From the IMG/VR virus record IMGVR_UViG_3300033074_001499, positions 1-64,000 of that record: a stretch of 64,000 nucleotides of DNA. One strand, written 5' to 3'. A program made the position numbers and the translations under genes. Shown piece by piece: positions 20,221-30,649 of the stretch; within the stretch, counting starts at the first letter, position 1, and each line of letters begins with the position of its first letter. Origin of the DNA: a virus. Its lineage: Duplodnaviria > Caudoviricetes. The notes under the pieces were generated by a model. That model made no database searches. It was given only the letters and a program-made list of their open reading frames with translations, and was not told the origin of the DNA.

Positions 20221-20276
20221 GAAGAGAAAAGAAGATTCATTTTCTATTTCTCCACACATTCCTCAGAAAAACTAAA

Positions 20277-20310
20277 CCCCGGCTCTGTCAAAAGAGACCG
20301 GGGCTTTTTA
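20277..20310. terminator. Bidirectional terminator between convergent operons
   Basis: CCCCGG-CTCT gtcaaa AGAG-a-CCGGGG with T-run downstream and A-rich tract upstream. Confidence 0.8.
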
Positions 20311-20956
20311 TTATTTAAATTTTATATTGCCATCCGAGTTGTTATCGTCGATGTAAACATAGTCGTATGCACAAGTTGAAAGATCAGCCAAAGAATGAGC
20401 TAGGTCAACAATGAAACCTAGCTCGATATTTTCACCTACTACACGATTGTTACACCAAGCCAGGAGGTCAGACATGATATCAACTTCAAATTGAGATTCT
20501 AGTTTGATGATAACAGGTTTAAATCCATCTTGTTCTTGAATTACTTTCATGTTTATTTCCTCTTAAATTTAATTTTATTTAGAAGATTTACAATTTCTGG
20601 TACAACCATAAAGCACAGCAGGAAAGCAGCTACCCAGCTTGATGCTGTGACAACAGCAGTCCAGCGCAACACTTCTCCTACTTCAATCACAACTCCATCG
20701 TAATAATCCATGATTGTGAGTATCATTGCAAGTATAAAAGCTACTAAACAGCCTGTCAAGTAAATACTCATTTTACAACCTCCCATTCTCCAATTGGACG
20801 ACGAATTTTAACAAAAGCTCCTTTCTTTCCTCCACCTTCTTCCCACTCTTTGATCCAATCATCAGCTTGGTCTTCAGACATTCCGCCTTTATAATAACCT
20901 CTAACTTCAGATTCAAAAGTATCTGAAATATGAGTAACACCATATTCGTAGCTCAT
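20311..20956 (-). other. Three small hypothetical CDS (20311-20550, 20553-20786 membrane protein, 20768-20956)
   Basis: Closely packed ORFs with SD-like sequences. Confidence 0.6.
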
Positions 20957-20980
20957 TTAAAATTTCTCCAAAATTCATAA

Positions 20981-21020
20981 AAGAAAAACCCCACCAAAGC
21001 TTTTTGCTCTAGTGGGGCTG
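20981..21020 (-). terminator. Terminator downstream of nrdB
   Basis: Minus strand: GCCCCACTAGAGC aaaaa GCTTTGGTGGGGT followed by TTTTCTTT. Confidence 0.7.
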
Positions 21021-21023
21021 ATA

Positions 21024-22049
21024 TTAGACTACTTTGAAACGCTTGTCAAGTAGATGTTGGTATTTTGAGTAATCAATCTCTCCAACCAATCCAAGATGGT
21101 TGTAACTGGTAACACGCTTCTCAAAGAAGTTATCATGTTTTTCACCACTAAGAAGCCATTCCATCCAAGGAAGAGGGTTCTTTCTTACTTCTTCAGCCGT
21201 TAAATAACCAAGCTGAAATAGTCGAAGCTCTCCGAGAAAAGCAATGTAATTTTTTTGCTGATCTGTAGACATATCCTCATCTTCACCTTCTTTGCTTAAA
21301 AGGTTAATAAACTTATGCTCAGCTTCAACATACCCTCTTACAAGCTTCTCAATAGCCTCTTTGAGAATTTCTTTTTCAACTTCGTCTAGCTCTTTTCGTC
21401 CCTCTTTGAATGTGCGAATGTTATTTGTCACATGTTCTTGTTCGTCTGCTAGGCTCCATTGGTTGATATCATTGAATCCAATTTGCCTCCCAAATCTTTT
21501 CAGATTCAAAAGTTTTGAAAATGCAGCAAATAAACCAATACCTTCACCAAGAAGAATTTGACCAAGACCAATTAGAGCATTGAGTTCATCACGATAGTGA
21601 GCTTTGGTTAAATCTTCTCCCATCACATCAAGCTTTTCTCTCATCTCAGCATATTCATGGAATGAGGACCAGTCAGCATCCATCAAACCATAAGTTTCAC
21701 CAGCAAGAGCATAAGCCCTTTGATGCGTAACTTCACGAGCTGCGAAAGTCAGCATCATATTACTGATTTCATTATTCTTGAAATATGGGAGAATTTTCTT
21801 ATATCCACCAGCAACAGTTTTATCCATTTCAGTGAACAGAGGAAGAATCAAATCAATCTTTCGCTTGTTTACTTCATGGCTTACTGTCGGAGTTGCAAGA
21901 CCATCTTTGCTGTTATATTCACGAAGATCATCTTGGAGTTCAACTTGATGAACATCCCAAAACATACCAATTGAATGTAGCTTAGCAGCTTCAACAGCCC
22001 ATGGATATAGAAATGGTCGATAAGCTTTGCTTTCTTTAAAAACACTCAT
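21024..22049 (-). CDS. nrdB: Ribonucleotide reductase class Ia beta subunit
   Basis: EVTHQRAY (radical Tyr), GEGIGLFAAFS and DEQEH diiron motifs. Confidence 0.95.
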   Translation of the reverse strand: MSVFKESKAYRPFLYPWAVEAAKLHSIGMFWDVHQVELQDDLREYNSKDGLATPTVSHEVNKRKIDLILPLFTEMDKTVAGGYKKILPYFKNNEISNMMLTFAAREVTHQRAYALAGETYGLMDADWSSFHEYAEMREKLDVMGEDLTKAHYRDELNALIGLGQILLGEGIGLFAAFSKLLNLKRFGRQIGFNDINQWSLADEQEHVTNNIRTFKEGRKELDEVEKEILKEAIEKLVRGYVEAEHKFINLLSKEGEDEDMSTDQQKNYIAFLGELRLFQLGYLTAEEVRKNPLPWMEWLLSGEKHDNFFEKRVTSYNHLGLVGEIDYSKYQHLLDKRFKVV

Positions 22050-22061
22050 TATTTCACTCCT

Positions 22062-23921
22062 TTAACCATGACAACTCAGACAACCATCTTTATCATATTC
22101 GATTCGTTTCTTAACCTTCACAGCATTAAGAGGACGCTCTTTACCTGTTCCAACATCCGCTTTAACAGGCTCCTGTGCACGACAATAATAAAGACTTTTC
22201 AAGCCTTTTTCCCAAGCATAAATATGAACATCTGACATTTGTTGAGCAGTAGTAGTTGCCTGGAAGAAAAGATTTGTTGAAATTGATTGACAAACATGCT
22301 GTTGTGCATTGGACGCTAGTTCTACAATCCACATAGGATCAATTTCACGAGCAGTAGCGAACACAGCTTTCTCATGATCTGATAGTTGTTCAATCCATTG
22401 GACGCTACCTTCTTCTTTTACAATCCTTGCCCACGTCTCTTCATTATCGATTCCATATTTTTGTAAAACTGGTTTAAGATATTTGTTCTTGATCAGAAAG
22501 CTCCCAGCCCGGCCCTGACTCACAAAACCGTTACTGGCCCAAGGCTCCCTGCTAGGAGATGCACCAAGAATACTGGCAGAAGAAGCATTCGGAGCAATTG
22601 CAGTAAGGTGACTATTTCTAAAACCACTTCCACGACAATCAGGAGCCTCCCCCCGCAAAGCGCCAAGACGAAGACTTTCTTTCTCAGCTTTTTCTTTAAT
22701 GTATGAGTGGATCATTTGAGTATGAGACACTGCACTATTAAATCCACCAGATTCAAAAGGAATCATCTTGCTTTGCAAATAACTGTGCCAACCTAGTGTT
22801 CCAAGGCCAAGGGCTCGCTCTTTGGTTGCAGAATTAACTGCTCGACTGATACTTGGCGGAGCAAGACGAATAAAATACTCCAGAACATTATCAAGAAAAC
22901 GAATCAAATCTGCAACAATATTAGTATCTTTCCATTCATCAAATTTTTCAAGATTCAGACTACTCAAGCAACAAACAGCAGTTCGTGAAAAGCTTGTCAT
23001 TAGTGTAATTTCAGAACAGAGATTACTTTGTCGAACTTTGTAAGTTGGTTTAGTAATTTGCTTAGGAAGATTTCGATTTACTGTATCAATGAAAAGAATG
23101 TAAGGCTCACCAGTTTCAAAACGAGTTTCCATTAAGTGTTTCCAAACATCACGAGCCTTTACTTTACGGCCAGTAGGTCCGTGTTTTGGATCGACAAACT
23201 CCAATTCTTCATCGGCGATAACAGCGAACATAAATTCATCAGGAATATTCAACCCATGGTTCAGGTTAAAACATTTCTTGTTTTCATCCCCACGAGTTGG
23301 ATTTCGCATATCCATAAACATTGCTAGTTCTGGGTGATTAATATCCAAATACATAGCCATACTACCACGACGAGAAGCTGTCTGACGGTAAGCAATAGTC
23401 ATGTTATCATAGTCCCCAGCATGAGCCATTACACCAGTAGATTTTTCATCAGGGCTCCTATTACCAGCGTAGATACCAACACCACCTCCCATCATAGAAA
23501 GCTCTTTAGCTTCTGCTGAAGTTTTGGTTAATCCACTCTTACTGTCATCAATATAAGAAAGGAAGCAAGAAATCGGCATACCACTAGGCTCTACGTTTTC
23601 TTCCAACCAATCACCAGCTTCTTCAAATTGTTCTTCAGTGAACGTCGGCCAATCAATCTCTACAGCGTTTGTTTGAACAGGGCTTGCATACATGAAATAT
23701 CCCTGTGAAACATAGTCGTAAATACGTTGAGCAAAATCGTAATCACCAAAACTATAACAAACCGCAGCACGAGCAAAAGTTTCTTGAGGGCTGTTCTCTT
23801 TTTCTGTCTTATAGAAACCTTTTGCTGTGAGCATAACCAATCCTTGTTCTGGAAGGTTATTGTCTCGTGAGTAGTCAATAATAATTCCAAGGTGTTCTTT
23901 TACATCTTCTTTCACTTTCAT
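22062..23921 (-). CDS. nrdA: Ribonucleotide reductase class I alpha subunit (no obvious ATP cone)
   Basis: PISCF, SNLCSEI, AIAPNASSA, KSLYY, C-terminal CLSC. Confidence 0.95.
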   Translation of the reverse strand: MKVKEDVKEHLGIIIDYSRDNNLPEQGLVMLTAKGFYKTEKENSPQETFARAAVCYSFGDYDFAQRIYDYVSQGYFMYASPVQTNAVEIDWPTFTEEQFEEAGDWLEENVEPSGMPISCFLSYIDDSKSGLTKTSAEAKELSMMGGGVGIYAGNRSPDEKSTGVMAHAGDYDNMTIAYRQTASRRGSMAMYLDINHPELAMFMDMRNPTRGDENKKCFNLNHGLNIPDEFMFAVIADEELEFVDPKHGPTGRKVKARDVWKHLMETRFETGEPYILFIDTVNRNLPKQITKPTYKVRQSNLCSEITLMTSFSRTAVCCLSSLNLEKFDEWKDTNIVADLIRFLDNVLEYFIRLAPPSISRAVNSATKERALGLGTLGWHSYLQSKMIPFESGGFNSAVSHTQMIHSYIKEKAEKESLRLGALRGEAPDCRGSGFRNSHLTAIAPNASSASILGASPSREPWASNGFVSQGRAGSFLIKNKYLKPVLQKYGIDNEETWARIVKEEGSVQWIEQLSDHEKAVFATAREIDPMWIVELASNAQQHVCQSISTNLFFQATTTAQQMSDVHIYAWEKGLKSLYYCRAQEPVKADVGTGKERPLNAVKVKKRIEYDKDGCLSCHG

Positions 23922-24508
23922 TCCTTATTATTTTCGATATGTTTAAGAATATCTGCTGTAAAGTTACTCTGCTTACTCATAGCTTCAAGATCATCTTTAA
24001 GATATTCATCAATCTCTTCAATCTTGTTTTCCCACGAGCAATGTTCTGAATTAACCCACTGAGGGTCCTTTCGCTCCATGCCTACAATTCGCATACCATA
24101 AATAGGCTCTTTTGTTTTAGAAGTAAATGGCCGATGATAACATTCTTCAAATGTGTAGCCCATCTTAGTACAAAAACCAAGAGAATGCAGAAGAGCATCA
24201 ACCTCTTCTTTGTTATTTCGTTTCATAATACCAACAGCGCCCGGAACGCTGTTGGCTAGATCAATAATGCTTAGGTGACGTGGCGTCATTTATTCTTCTC
24301 CTTCAAATTCTAGATAACTTTCCATAGGCGACAGACCATCAGAGTAATCTTCCATAAATTCTGCACTATTTTCTACAAAAAGGAGAAAAGCATCTTCTTT
24401 CTTTGCAAGCCAAGCACGTCGTTTAATAATATTCAGAAGGTCATTGATCCAGGCTGAAAGAGCATAATCTTCTCGTTCTTTAAAAGGGAATACTTGATTG
24501 TTCATCAT
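23918..24508 (-). other. Two hypothetical CDS (23918-24289, 24290-24508)
   Basis: Closely packed ORFs between thyX and nrdA. Confidence 0.6.
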
Positions 24509-25471
24509 TCAGCCTCGCTTTACATTGTTCGGAATGATTTGCCGATGTTGAATCCAACCCATGAAATTACCAGACCAGATTTTTTGATCTTGATCCATGT
24601 GCGTAGTTCCTTCTTGACAGAGTGCTTCCCAAATTGCATCAGTCCAGTAATCACATTCTGGAATTTTCATTGGTGTGGCTTGGTGCTCGAAAGGACTTGC
24701 ATGAACAGGTTCACTTTCTACCAGTTTTTTATAAATTATTTGAGCTTTTTCAAGACTATCATCCAAGGCACGATATGAAACTTGAGCACAGCAGCTAGCA
24801 CTGGTAGCAAGAGCATCTTTCAGTTTTACCCCATCAAAATCTTCACGGTCTTCTTTTTCCACAAGCCAACTGTGAGTTGCATATTTTTCAGAGTGACTAT
24901 CATCTTTCCAATAGCCATCTGCGTAATAAGGTGTGTGCCAATCCCCAGGATTCAGAATAACAGGTTCACTATTTTCTTTAGCTTCAAGCATCACTTCAGC
25001 AAGACGTTTAATTTCTGGTTGAGCATCTTCATGATTGCGAAGCCAGAAGAAGTTTTCAAACTCTGTGCCTGTTAGAACGGTTTTCATCCATTGATATGGC
25101 TCAAGAATACGATTGACCACTTGCTTGTGCAGTCCAGCGGAAGCCATTGATTCAGCATACTCACTTGCAGCAATAGCTGCTTGATGCCAAAGCTCATCAA
25201 CGTACATAGCATCAACACTATTCAACTCTTCTTTAGCTTGCATCCCAGGTTGATTTTTACCCCAGTGAACAGGCATTGCTGGATCATTCCGTACTTGTTC
25301 AATCATTTTACCAATTGGGATAGCACGACTACTTGCAGCATTACGGCTGAACATCCGATGCGTCATTAGTTCTGAGTGAATAAACCGAGGATACTGAAGT
25401 TCAAACGTAATAATCTCTTTGCCATTAACACTTGATTTGGAATGAGCAATAATTTTAGCGCTAATTTCCAT
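24509..25471 (-). CDS. thyX: FAD-dependent thymidylate synthase
   Basis: ELMTHRMFSRNAASSR ThyX motif; HASPFEH. Confidence 0.92.
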   Translation of the reverse strand: MEISAKIIAHSKSSVNGKEIITFELQYPRFIHSELMTHRMFSRNAASSRAIPIGKMIEQVRNDPAMPVHWGKNQPGMQAKEELNSVDAMYVDELWHQAAIAASEYAESMASAGLHKQVVNRILEPYQWMKTVLTGTEFENFFWLRNHEDAQPEIKRLAEVMLEAKENSEPVILNPGDWHTPYYADGYWKDDSHSEKYATHSWLVEKEDREDFDGVKLKDALATSASCCAQVSYRALDDSLEKAQIIYKKLVESEPVHASPFEHQATPMKIPECDYWTDAIWEALCQEGTTHMDQDQKIWSGNFMGWIQHRQIIPNNVKRG

Positions 25472-25698
25472 TAGACATATTCCTCCAGCTTACCAACACC
25501 ACGAATAATCTTCACTTCATCTCCTTCATAAATCAGAGTAGTTGGAAGAGATTTAATATTGTTCTCCATACAAAATTCCATGTTTTCATCAGCATCAATT
25601 ACTTGATAAATCACTCCATTTCGAGTGAGCATATCTTTGAGGACCCCACATTGTTTACACCAACTACTGCTTACAACTTTAATTGTACGATTTGACAT
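25471..25698 (-). CDS. Glutaredoxin/thioredoxin (NrdH-like)
   Basis: WCKQC CxxC motif and SLPT cis-Pro motif. Confidence 0.8.
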   Translation of the reverse strand: MSNRTIKVVSSSWCKQCGVLKDMLTRNGVIYQVIDADENMEFCMENNIKSLPTTLIYEGDEVKIIRGVGKLEEYV

Positions 25699-25843
25699 AT
25701 TCCTTTTCTCCTTCTTCTCTTTGTAATTCTTTTAGACATTCTTCCCAGGAAAGCGGGATATTAGGATGAAACTCAAACATCATACCACTTTCTTTCAAAG
25801 CTTTATAGTCTTTTTCTGTTTTAATATAGTCTTGCCATTTCAT
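25679..25843 (-). CDS. Hypothetical protein, 54 aa (MKWQDYIKTE...)
   Basis: Hand-translated ORF below the track cutoff; plausible composition. Confidence 0.55.
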   Translation of the reverse strand: MKWQDYIKTEKDYKALKESGMMFEFHPNIPLSWEECLKELQREEGEKEYVKSYN

Positions 25844-25845
25844 GA

Positions 25846-25923
25846 TTATGGGATAAATTCACTCAAATCTACTTTAGGATGATTGACGGGTTTTGCTATC
25901 TTGCCATCAAACATTGAAACCAT
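25846..25923 (-). other. Second copy of the NTP-PPase C-terminus (MVSMFDGKIAKPVNHPKVDLSEFIP*)
   Basis: 15/19 aa identity to the end of the 26580-27068 product; SD AAGGAGGT 8 nt upstream of ATG. Confidence 0.75.
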
Positions 25924-26575
25924 ATACCTCTACCTCCTTTTCTTTTCTAACCTCAGCAGCTTTATCAAAATCTTCAAAATATCCAGTGTAAACCCTCTTA
26001 TTATACTTATTAATATAAGCACACCACTTATTCATAGCCTTGGACCAATAAACTCCAGTAACCCCCGATGTGTTTTTACTAGATGTTTTCCTATTATACG
26101 ACTGAATTGTCCTGTCTGCCCACCTACAATTTTCTGGAAAATAACCAAGATTCGGGTCAATTCTGTCTAAAGAAGTTCCCTCAGGACGTTCTCCCATGTC
26201 AGCAAAGAAATTTTCGAAAAGAATCCATTCTTTACAAACTTCAATATTGCCATAATATAGTTTTTCACGTTCTGTTGGATTTAGGCATCTATGTAACATT
26301 GATTTCCAACTTTGCCAAGTGGGTGTTTCTGACATTCCGTGATTCTGTCTAGGAAGGCCGGTAATTGTTTGATAGATGCAACCACAAGATTTCGTGTGAC
26401 CGTTCATCAGATTTGCAGAGTCGCAATCAAACACATTTCCACAAAAACATTCTACGACGAATCTTTTTCTACCATATTTCTTTTCAGGAGAGGTCTTTTT
26501 AAAATAAATATTTTTTATTTTAAGGTCATTGTAAACGTCCCCCTCTTTTAGTTGTGGATAGTTTATTTTCGGCAT
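25907..26575 (-). mobile_element. Free-standing HNH homing endonuclease with C-terminal AP2-like domain
   Basis: CFCG...SCGC zinc motif, SLDRIDPNLGYFPENCRWA HNH core, NTSGVTGVYW AP2 domain. Confidence 0.9.
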
Positions 26576-26579
26576 ATTT

Positions 26580-27068
26580 TCAACCCCTCGGTATCATTTT
26601 TGAAAGATCAACTTTTGGAAAATCTACAGGCTTTGCGATTTTTCCAGAAAGAAGTCTAACCGAGTAGAAGGGAAGACCATTCAAAATAGAAGTTTCGATA
26701 GTGTATTCCATATCATCTCGATTTTCTAGTTTTTCTTTTTCTTCTACAGCCTGATAATAACTATCAAACACTTTCTTTTCATTGTTATCAATGATTGCTT
26801 GCATTGCTCCAGAAACATCAAATCCTGCTTTGTCTAGAATATCCATAAACTTAGACAAAATAATAAAAGTGTCCACAACGCCATCGATCAGTTCAACAGG
26901 ATCACCATAATCCGATGCTTCAACAGTTTCAGAAGCTTCTTCTACCAGTAATTTAGCTTGAAGAGTGACAGCCTGCCACCACTCTTGCGTATCATAAACA
27001 CAATCCTTTACACCAGCTTTAGTGTTCCAATCATTAATTGCTTTGTAGAATTTTACGAGGTCTTTCAC
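26580..27068 (-). CDS. MazG-like/all-alpha NTP pyrophosphohydrolase
   Basis: LLVEEASETVEA...ELIDGVVD acidic motif; GKIAKP C-terminus. Confidence 0.75.
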   Translation of the reverse strand: MKDLVKFYKAINDWNTKAGVKDCVYDTQEWWQAVTLQAKLLVEEASETVEASDYGDPVELIDGVVDTFIILSKFMDILDKAGFDVSGAMQAIIDNNEKKVFDSYYQAVEEKEKLENRDDMEYTIETSILNGLPFYSVRLLSGKIAKPVDFPKVDLSKMIPRG

Positions 27069-27080
27069 TTTTTCTCCTTA

Positions 27081-27617
27081 CTAATAATAAACACAGATTT
27101 CTTTTACAATTCGTTCATCCCACACACTAAACTGATGCATTACAGCACACTCATCAGATTGCGTGTAGGGAGTATTATACAGCACTCTTTTCTGAGGTTC
27201 AAACCCTTTCAACACATCAAGCCTGTCATCAATCATGCATTCTACAGCTTTATTCATCACATGTTTTTTATGACAAGCAACATATTCATGCATGAAAGGG
27301 AAATGTTCTTTCAACCAATAATATTTACTTTTTGTGTGATTACCTTTGATTCTTGAAATGAAAACAATTTGGAAATGTTTAGACAATTCTTTAAGGCATT
27401 CCACGCTCCCTTCGATAGGTTGAAATTGAGAGTAATCAAGTTCTCGCCAATATTCATAGGGATCGTCAACACCAGCAAATTGTGTTCCAAGATTATAAGG
27501 AGGTGATTCGTAATCTCCGAGAGGATATTCAACAGAACACCTCTTTTTGAGCCATTTCCTCCAACCTCTGTCAGAAGGACATACTGTCAGATCAACATCC
27601 ACACCGATGATTCTCAT
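27081..27617 (-). CDS. HAD-family 5'(3')-deoxyribonucleotidase
   Basis: GVDVDLT (DxD) and MIDDR motifs; start reassigned to MRIIG at 27617. Confidence 0.8.
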   Translation of the reverse strand: MRIIGVDVDLTVCPSDRGWRKWLKKRCSVEYPLGDYESPPYNLGTQFAGVDDPYEYWRELDYSQFQPIEGSVECLKELSKHFQIVFISRIKGNHTKSKYYWLKEHFPFMHEYVACHKKHVMNKAVECMIDDRLDVLKGFEPQKRVLYNTPYTQSDECAVMHQFSVWDERIVKEICVYY

Positions 27618-27633
27618 TTTATTTATTCTCCTA

Positions 27634-28293
27634 TTAAGGTTTTTCTTTATATTGCAATTCAAGAATGAGTTCAAGATAATGAATAGCTTTTTTAATGTCC
27701 CCTGCTCCGTTTTTATCTTTATGACGAGTGACATATTTCACGACATTACCCTGAAAATAATCCAAATTGTTTGCATGAATGTATTCAATAGGTTGAATCT
27801 TGCAACCTTTATAATGCGTACCACTGATTTGTTTATCTAGAGCAGAACCTGAAACAATATCTACAATTTCTTTTGTTTGTTCAGTGTTGCGCAATGCGTC
27901 ATATGTTTTTAACACTTCAAACCGATTCTTACTCACTTTGCAATTGATAATGCTATCCGTAAGAAGCTCTCTCACTTGATAAACATATCCCCATTCTCCC
28001 TCATCCTCAAAAAGCACTTCGTATGCATAGCCAGGAATTAGTTTCCTGAATCCAACAGCGTTGTCGGAAAGTTTTACAAATTTCTGGGATTTGGGTTTGA
28101 ATACTTCTTGAAGGGCTGGAGTTTCTACCCACCAGCGTTCTCTTTTATTACTCACAGAGCTTAGTTCATAAGAGCCATCTTCCGCATCACAAGCTTTGAG
28201 TAGACCGATTGTTCCAACCTCAAAATAGTGTTCCCCTAACTGTTCCTTATCATTATTTTGTCCAACAACTCTAAAATAGCGTTCTTCACTCAT
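27634..28293 (-). CDS. DUF3310 (SaV-like) domain protein
   Basis: QISGTHYK..IQPIEYI..FQGNVVKYVTR..KNG..DIKKAIHYL motif. Confidence 0.8.
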   Translation of the reverse strand: MSEERYFRVVGQNNDKEQLGEHYFEVGTIGLLKACDAEDGSYELSSVSNKRERWWVETPALQEVFKPKSQKFVKLSDNAVGFRKLIPGYAYEVLFEDEGEWGYVYQVRELLTDSIINCKVSKNRFEVLKTYDALRNTEQTKEIVDIVSGSALDKQISGTHYKGCKIQPIEYIHANNLDYFQGNVVKYVTRHKDKNGAGDIKKAIHYLELILELQYKEKP

Positions 28294-28328
28294 ATTATTT
28301 CTCCTGAAATTAATTAGCTTGTAAGAAT

Positions 28329-28357
28329 ATTATCGCATGTATTTGTCTACTTGTCAA
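28329..28357 (-). promoter_or_regulatory. Sigma70-type promoter
   Basis: TTGACA-17 nt-GATAAT on the minus strand. Confidence 0.7.
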
Positions 28358-28364
28358 ACAATAT

Positions 28365-29138
28365 TTAAAGATATTTATTCATTAAATAATCAAGAGATAC
28401 TGGCATAGGAAGTCCAAAACCATCCTCAACCTCGTTGAGTACCATAATACCTCTGAAGTGGTTATTTCCCTGATAACCCTTATAATACTCGTCGAAAGGA
28501 TAACAAGCGCCGTTGATAATACCAATCTGCATTTTACCGTCAAGGGTTGGATGAATAGCCATATCAAGTAATTGTTTATGCCCAACAACAAAAGAACGAC
28601 CTACAGTTTTTAATTGACTTAAAGCATTTCCCCCATAGGGTTTACCGCTGAAAGGGTTTGCTAAGTAATGGACGTAAAAGATGCCATCAATCTCTACAGG
28701 TTTAAGGAAAGGAGCAACTTCCCAACCATACTGCTCAAGGTTTAGTGTTTCTGTGCCAACAAAACCGCTAAGTTCTGGCATGTCATTGGCCAACCTATCA
28801 AAACGATGTTCGTGATTTCCAGTGCAAAAGACCATTCTGGGAGAATACACTTTCTTTCTGAATCGACGTTGTTGCTGTTGGAGAATCCTTACTGGCTCAA
28901 GGAGAAGTTCCATACCTTTGTTACCAGCTTCAATATCTGCAATCAAACGTCTACCTTCAAAAGATTTCTTACCTTTATCATAACTACTCAAAGACTCAAA
29001 ATCATAATGATCACCGATATGAATAATAACATCTGGACGTTTATCTGCAATGTATTTACCAATTGCTTTCATGTAACTCATATCATGATTTGGTTTACAT
29101 TGTGTGTCTGCTACAATTAAATGACGTTTACCGCTCAT
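28365..29138 (-). CDS. Calcineurin-like metallophosphoesterase
   Basis: ADTQ, IGDHYD, GNHE and VGHKQ motifs. Confidence 0.85.
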   Translation of the reverse strand: MSGKRHLIVADTQCKPNHDMSYMKAIGKYIADKRPDVIIHIGDHYDFESLSSYDKGKKSFEGRRLIADIEAGNKGMELLLEPVRILQQQQRRFRKKVYSPRMVFCTGNHEHRFDRLANDMPELSGFVGTETLNLEQYGWEVAPFLKPVEIDGIFYVHYLANPFSGKPYGGNALSQLKTVGRSFVVGHKQLLDMAIHPTLDGKMQIGIINGACYPFDEYYKGYQGNNHFRGIMVLNEVEDGFGLPMPVSLDYLMNKYL

Positions 29139-29150
29139 TAATACTCCTTA

Positions 29151-30131
29151 TCATTCATAATGTGGATTTGAAAAACTGAATGCTGCTGGGGTGTCTTCCC
29201 TGTATCCTTCCCATTTACTATTAAAATCACACCAATAATCTTCTTCTCCCTTTTCTAAATCATTGTAAAATTCTTCTTGATTTTCCAGAGGAATCAAATA
29301 CCAATGACCATCATCATCTCGCACAAAACACCAACGTTTTTCTTCCATTTAATTCTCCAAATCATTATCAAAAATACATTCAAGAAGAGTGATGTAATGT
29401 TCTGCGATTGTGTCATAAGCAATTTGTTTTTGATGGGCATTCAATGTATAAAACCCATTCTGCACTTGCCTTGTTAGTTCAACATGACGTTTCCAATCAA
29501 AAGGAACATTTTCTTCTTTCTCTTCTGTTTTCTTTTTAAATAGCTCTACAACATTTCCAGGATAATTAGACAATCTGATTCATCCATACAAGAGAAAACA
29601 CACAAAGCTGTAGTAGTTCAGAATACAAATAATTATTCATCGCACCCTTACCTTTCCAGAAATTACATCTTGGACAAGTTGGTCTAAATCAAAAACTTTA
29701 GCATCAGCTTGTAAACTCTGACTGTATTCAATTGAGCTTTTCAGAATAATACGAATTGCATCCATCTGACCAGCAGTTAATTCAGAAATAGTCATTGTGA
29801 ATTTTTCACCATCTTTTGAAGAGTATTCTACTTTCATCTATATTGTCTCCGTGATGTGGGCATTAAAAACAGGCAGAGGATTATCTACTGCGTCCAGAAT
29901 TGATTTTGCAAGATTTGGATTATTAAAAGCGTCTTCCAATTCCAGCAGAGTGTTTTTAATGCACTCTCTTCGCTCCAAACCTTGCGGAAAGGACAAAGTA
30001 CCACTATCAATTGCTTTTGTGATTTTATCAAGTTCAAATGTGAAGTGTTCTTTTTCTAAAATTTTATCCACTTTAGCTTCAATACGAGCTAATTGAACAG
30101 AAAGCTCCGTATACGCCTCTTCAGTTCTCAT
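29151..30131 (-). other. Four small hypothetical CDS (29151-29348, 29349-29573, 29637-29837, 29838-30131)
   Basis: Closely packed ORFs with SD-like sequences. Confidence 0.6.
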
Positions 30132-30649
30132 TTATTTCTCCTTAGAATTTCTCTCACTTGCTCTCGTCTTTGCGCTGCATTTGATTTTGGAATTTCATTA
30201 TTCTCTTTAATGAATACTCTGTCTTTCTTTGATTTACAAATCTCAATCACTTGTTTTTCAATAAAAGCATCTTCTAGAGGAATACTAAGTTTTTGGGATA
30301 ATGTAACAGCAGCGTGACAATCTTTACACAATTCTCTCAAATCATCAAATGTAACCCAAAGAATCATTTTACTCCATTCAGTGAAAGATTGCCAATCTTT
30401 AAAACCATAACCACCTTCAATGTGGTCCACCTCACAATCTCTTGATTGTTTTCCACACATCTCACAATCACTCACCCAAACATCCTTGTTATTACGGCCC
30501 ACAGGGGCCTTATATCGACGAGATTGTTTGTAGGCTATCTTGATAGGGTGGCGAGTCCAAACACGTCTAATTGAGCTTCTTAGCCAATTAAAATAGGCTT
30601 TTTCATCTTTCCAAACGTGAGGAACATCGTCCCATGGATTTCTACTCAT
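30128..30649 (-). CDS. HNH-type endonuclease (probable core gene, resolvase or packaging-related)
   Basis: CEMCG...EVDHI...LCKDCH motif. Confidence 0.65.
   Translation of the reverse strand: MSRNPWDDVPHVWKDEKAYFNWLRSSIRRVWTRHPIKIAYKQSRRYKAPVGRNNKDVWVSDCEMCGKQSRDCEVDHIEGGYGFKDWQSFTEWSKMILWVTFDDLRELCKDCHAAVTLSQKLSIPLEDAFIEKQVIEICKSKKDRVFIKENNEIPKSNAAQRREQVREILRRNK

Noticed and set aside
25907-26575. HNH gene as an intron-encoded ORF inside the NTP-PPase gene
   Set aside because: No P7 or other group I core sequences flank it, and the upstream gene has its own complete C-terminus and stop
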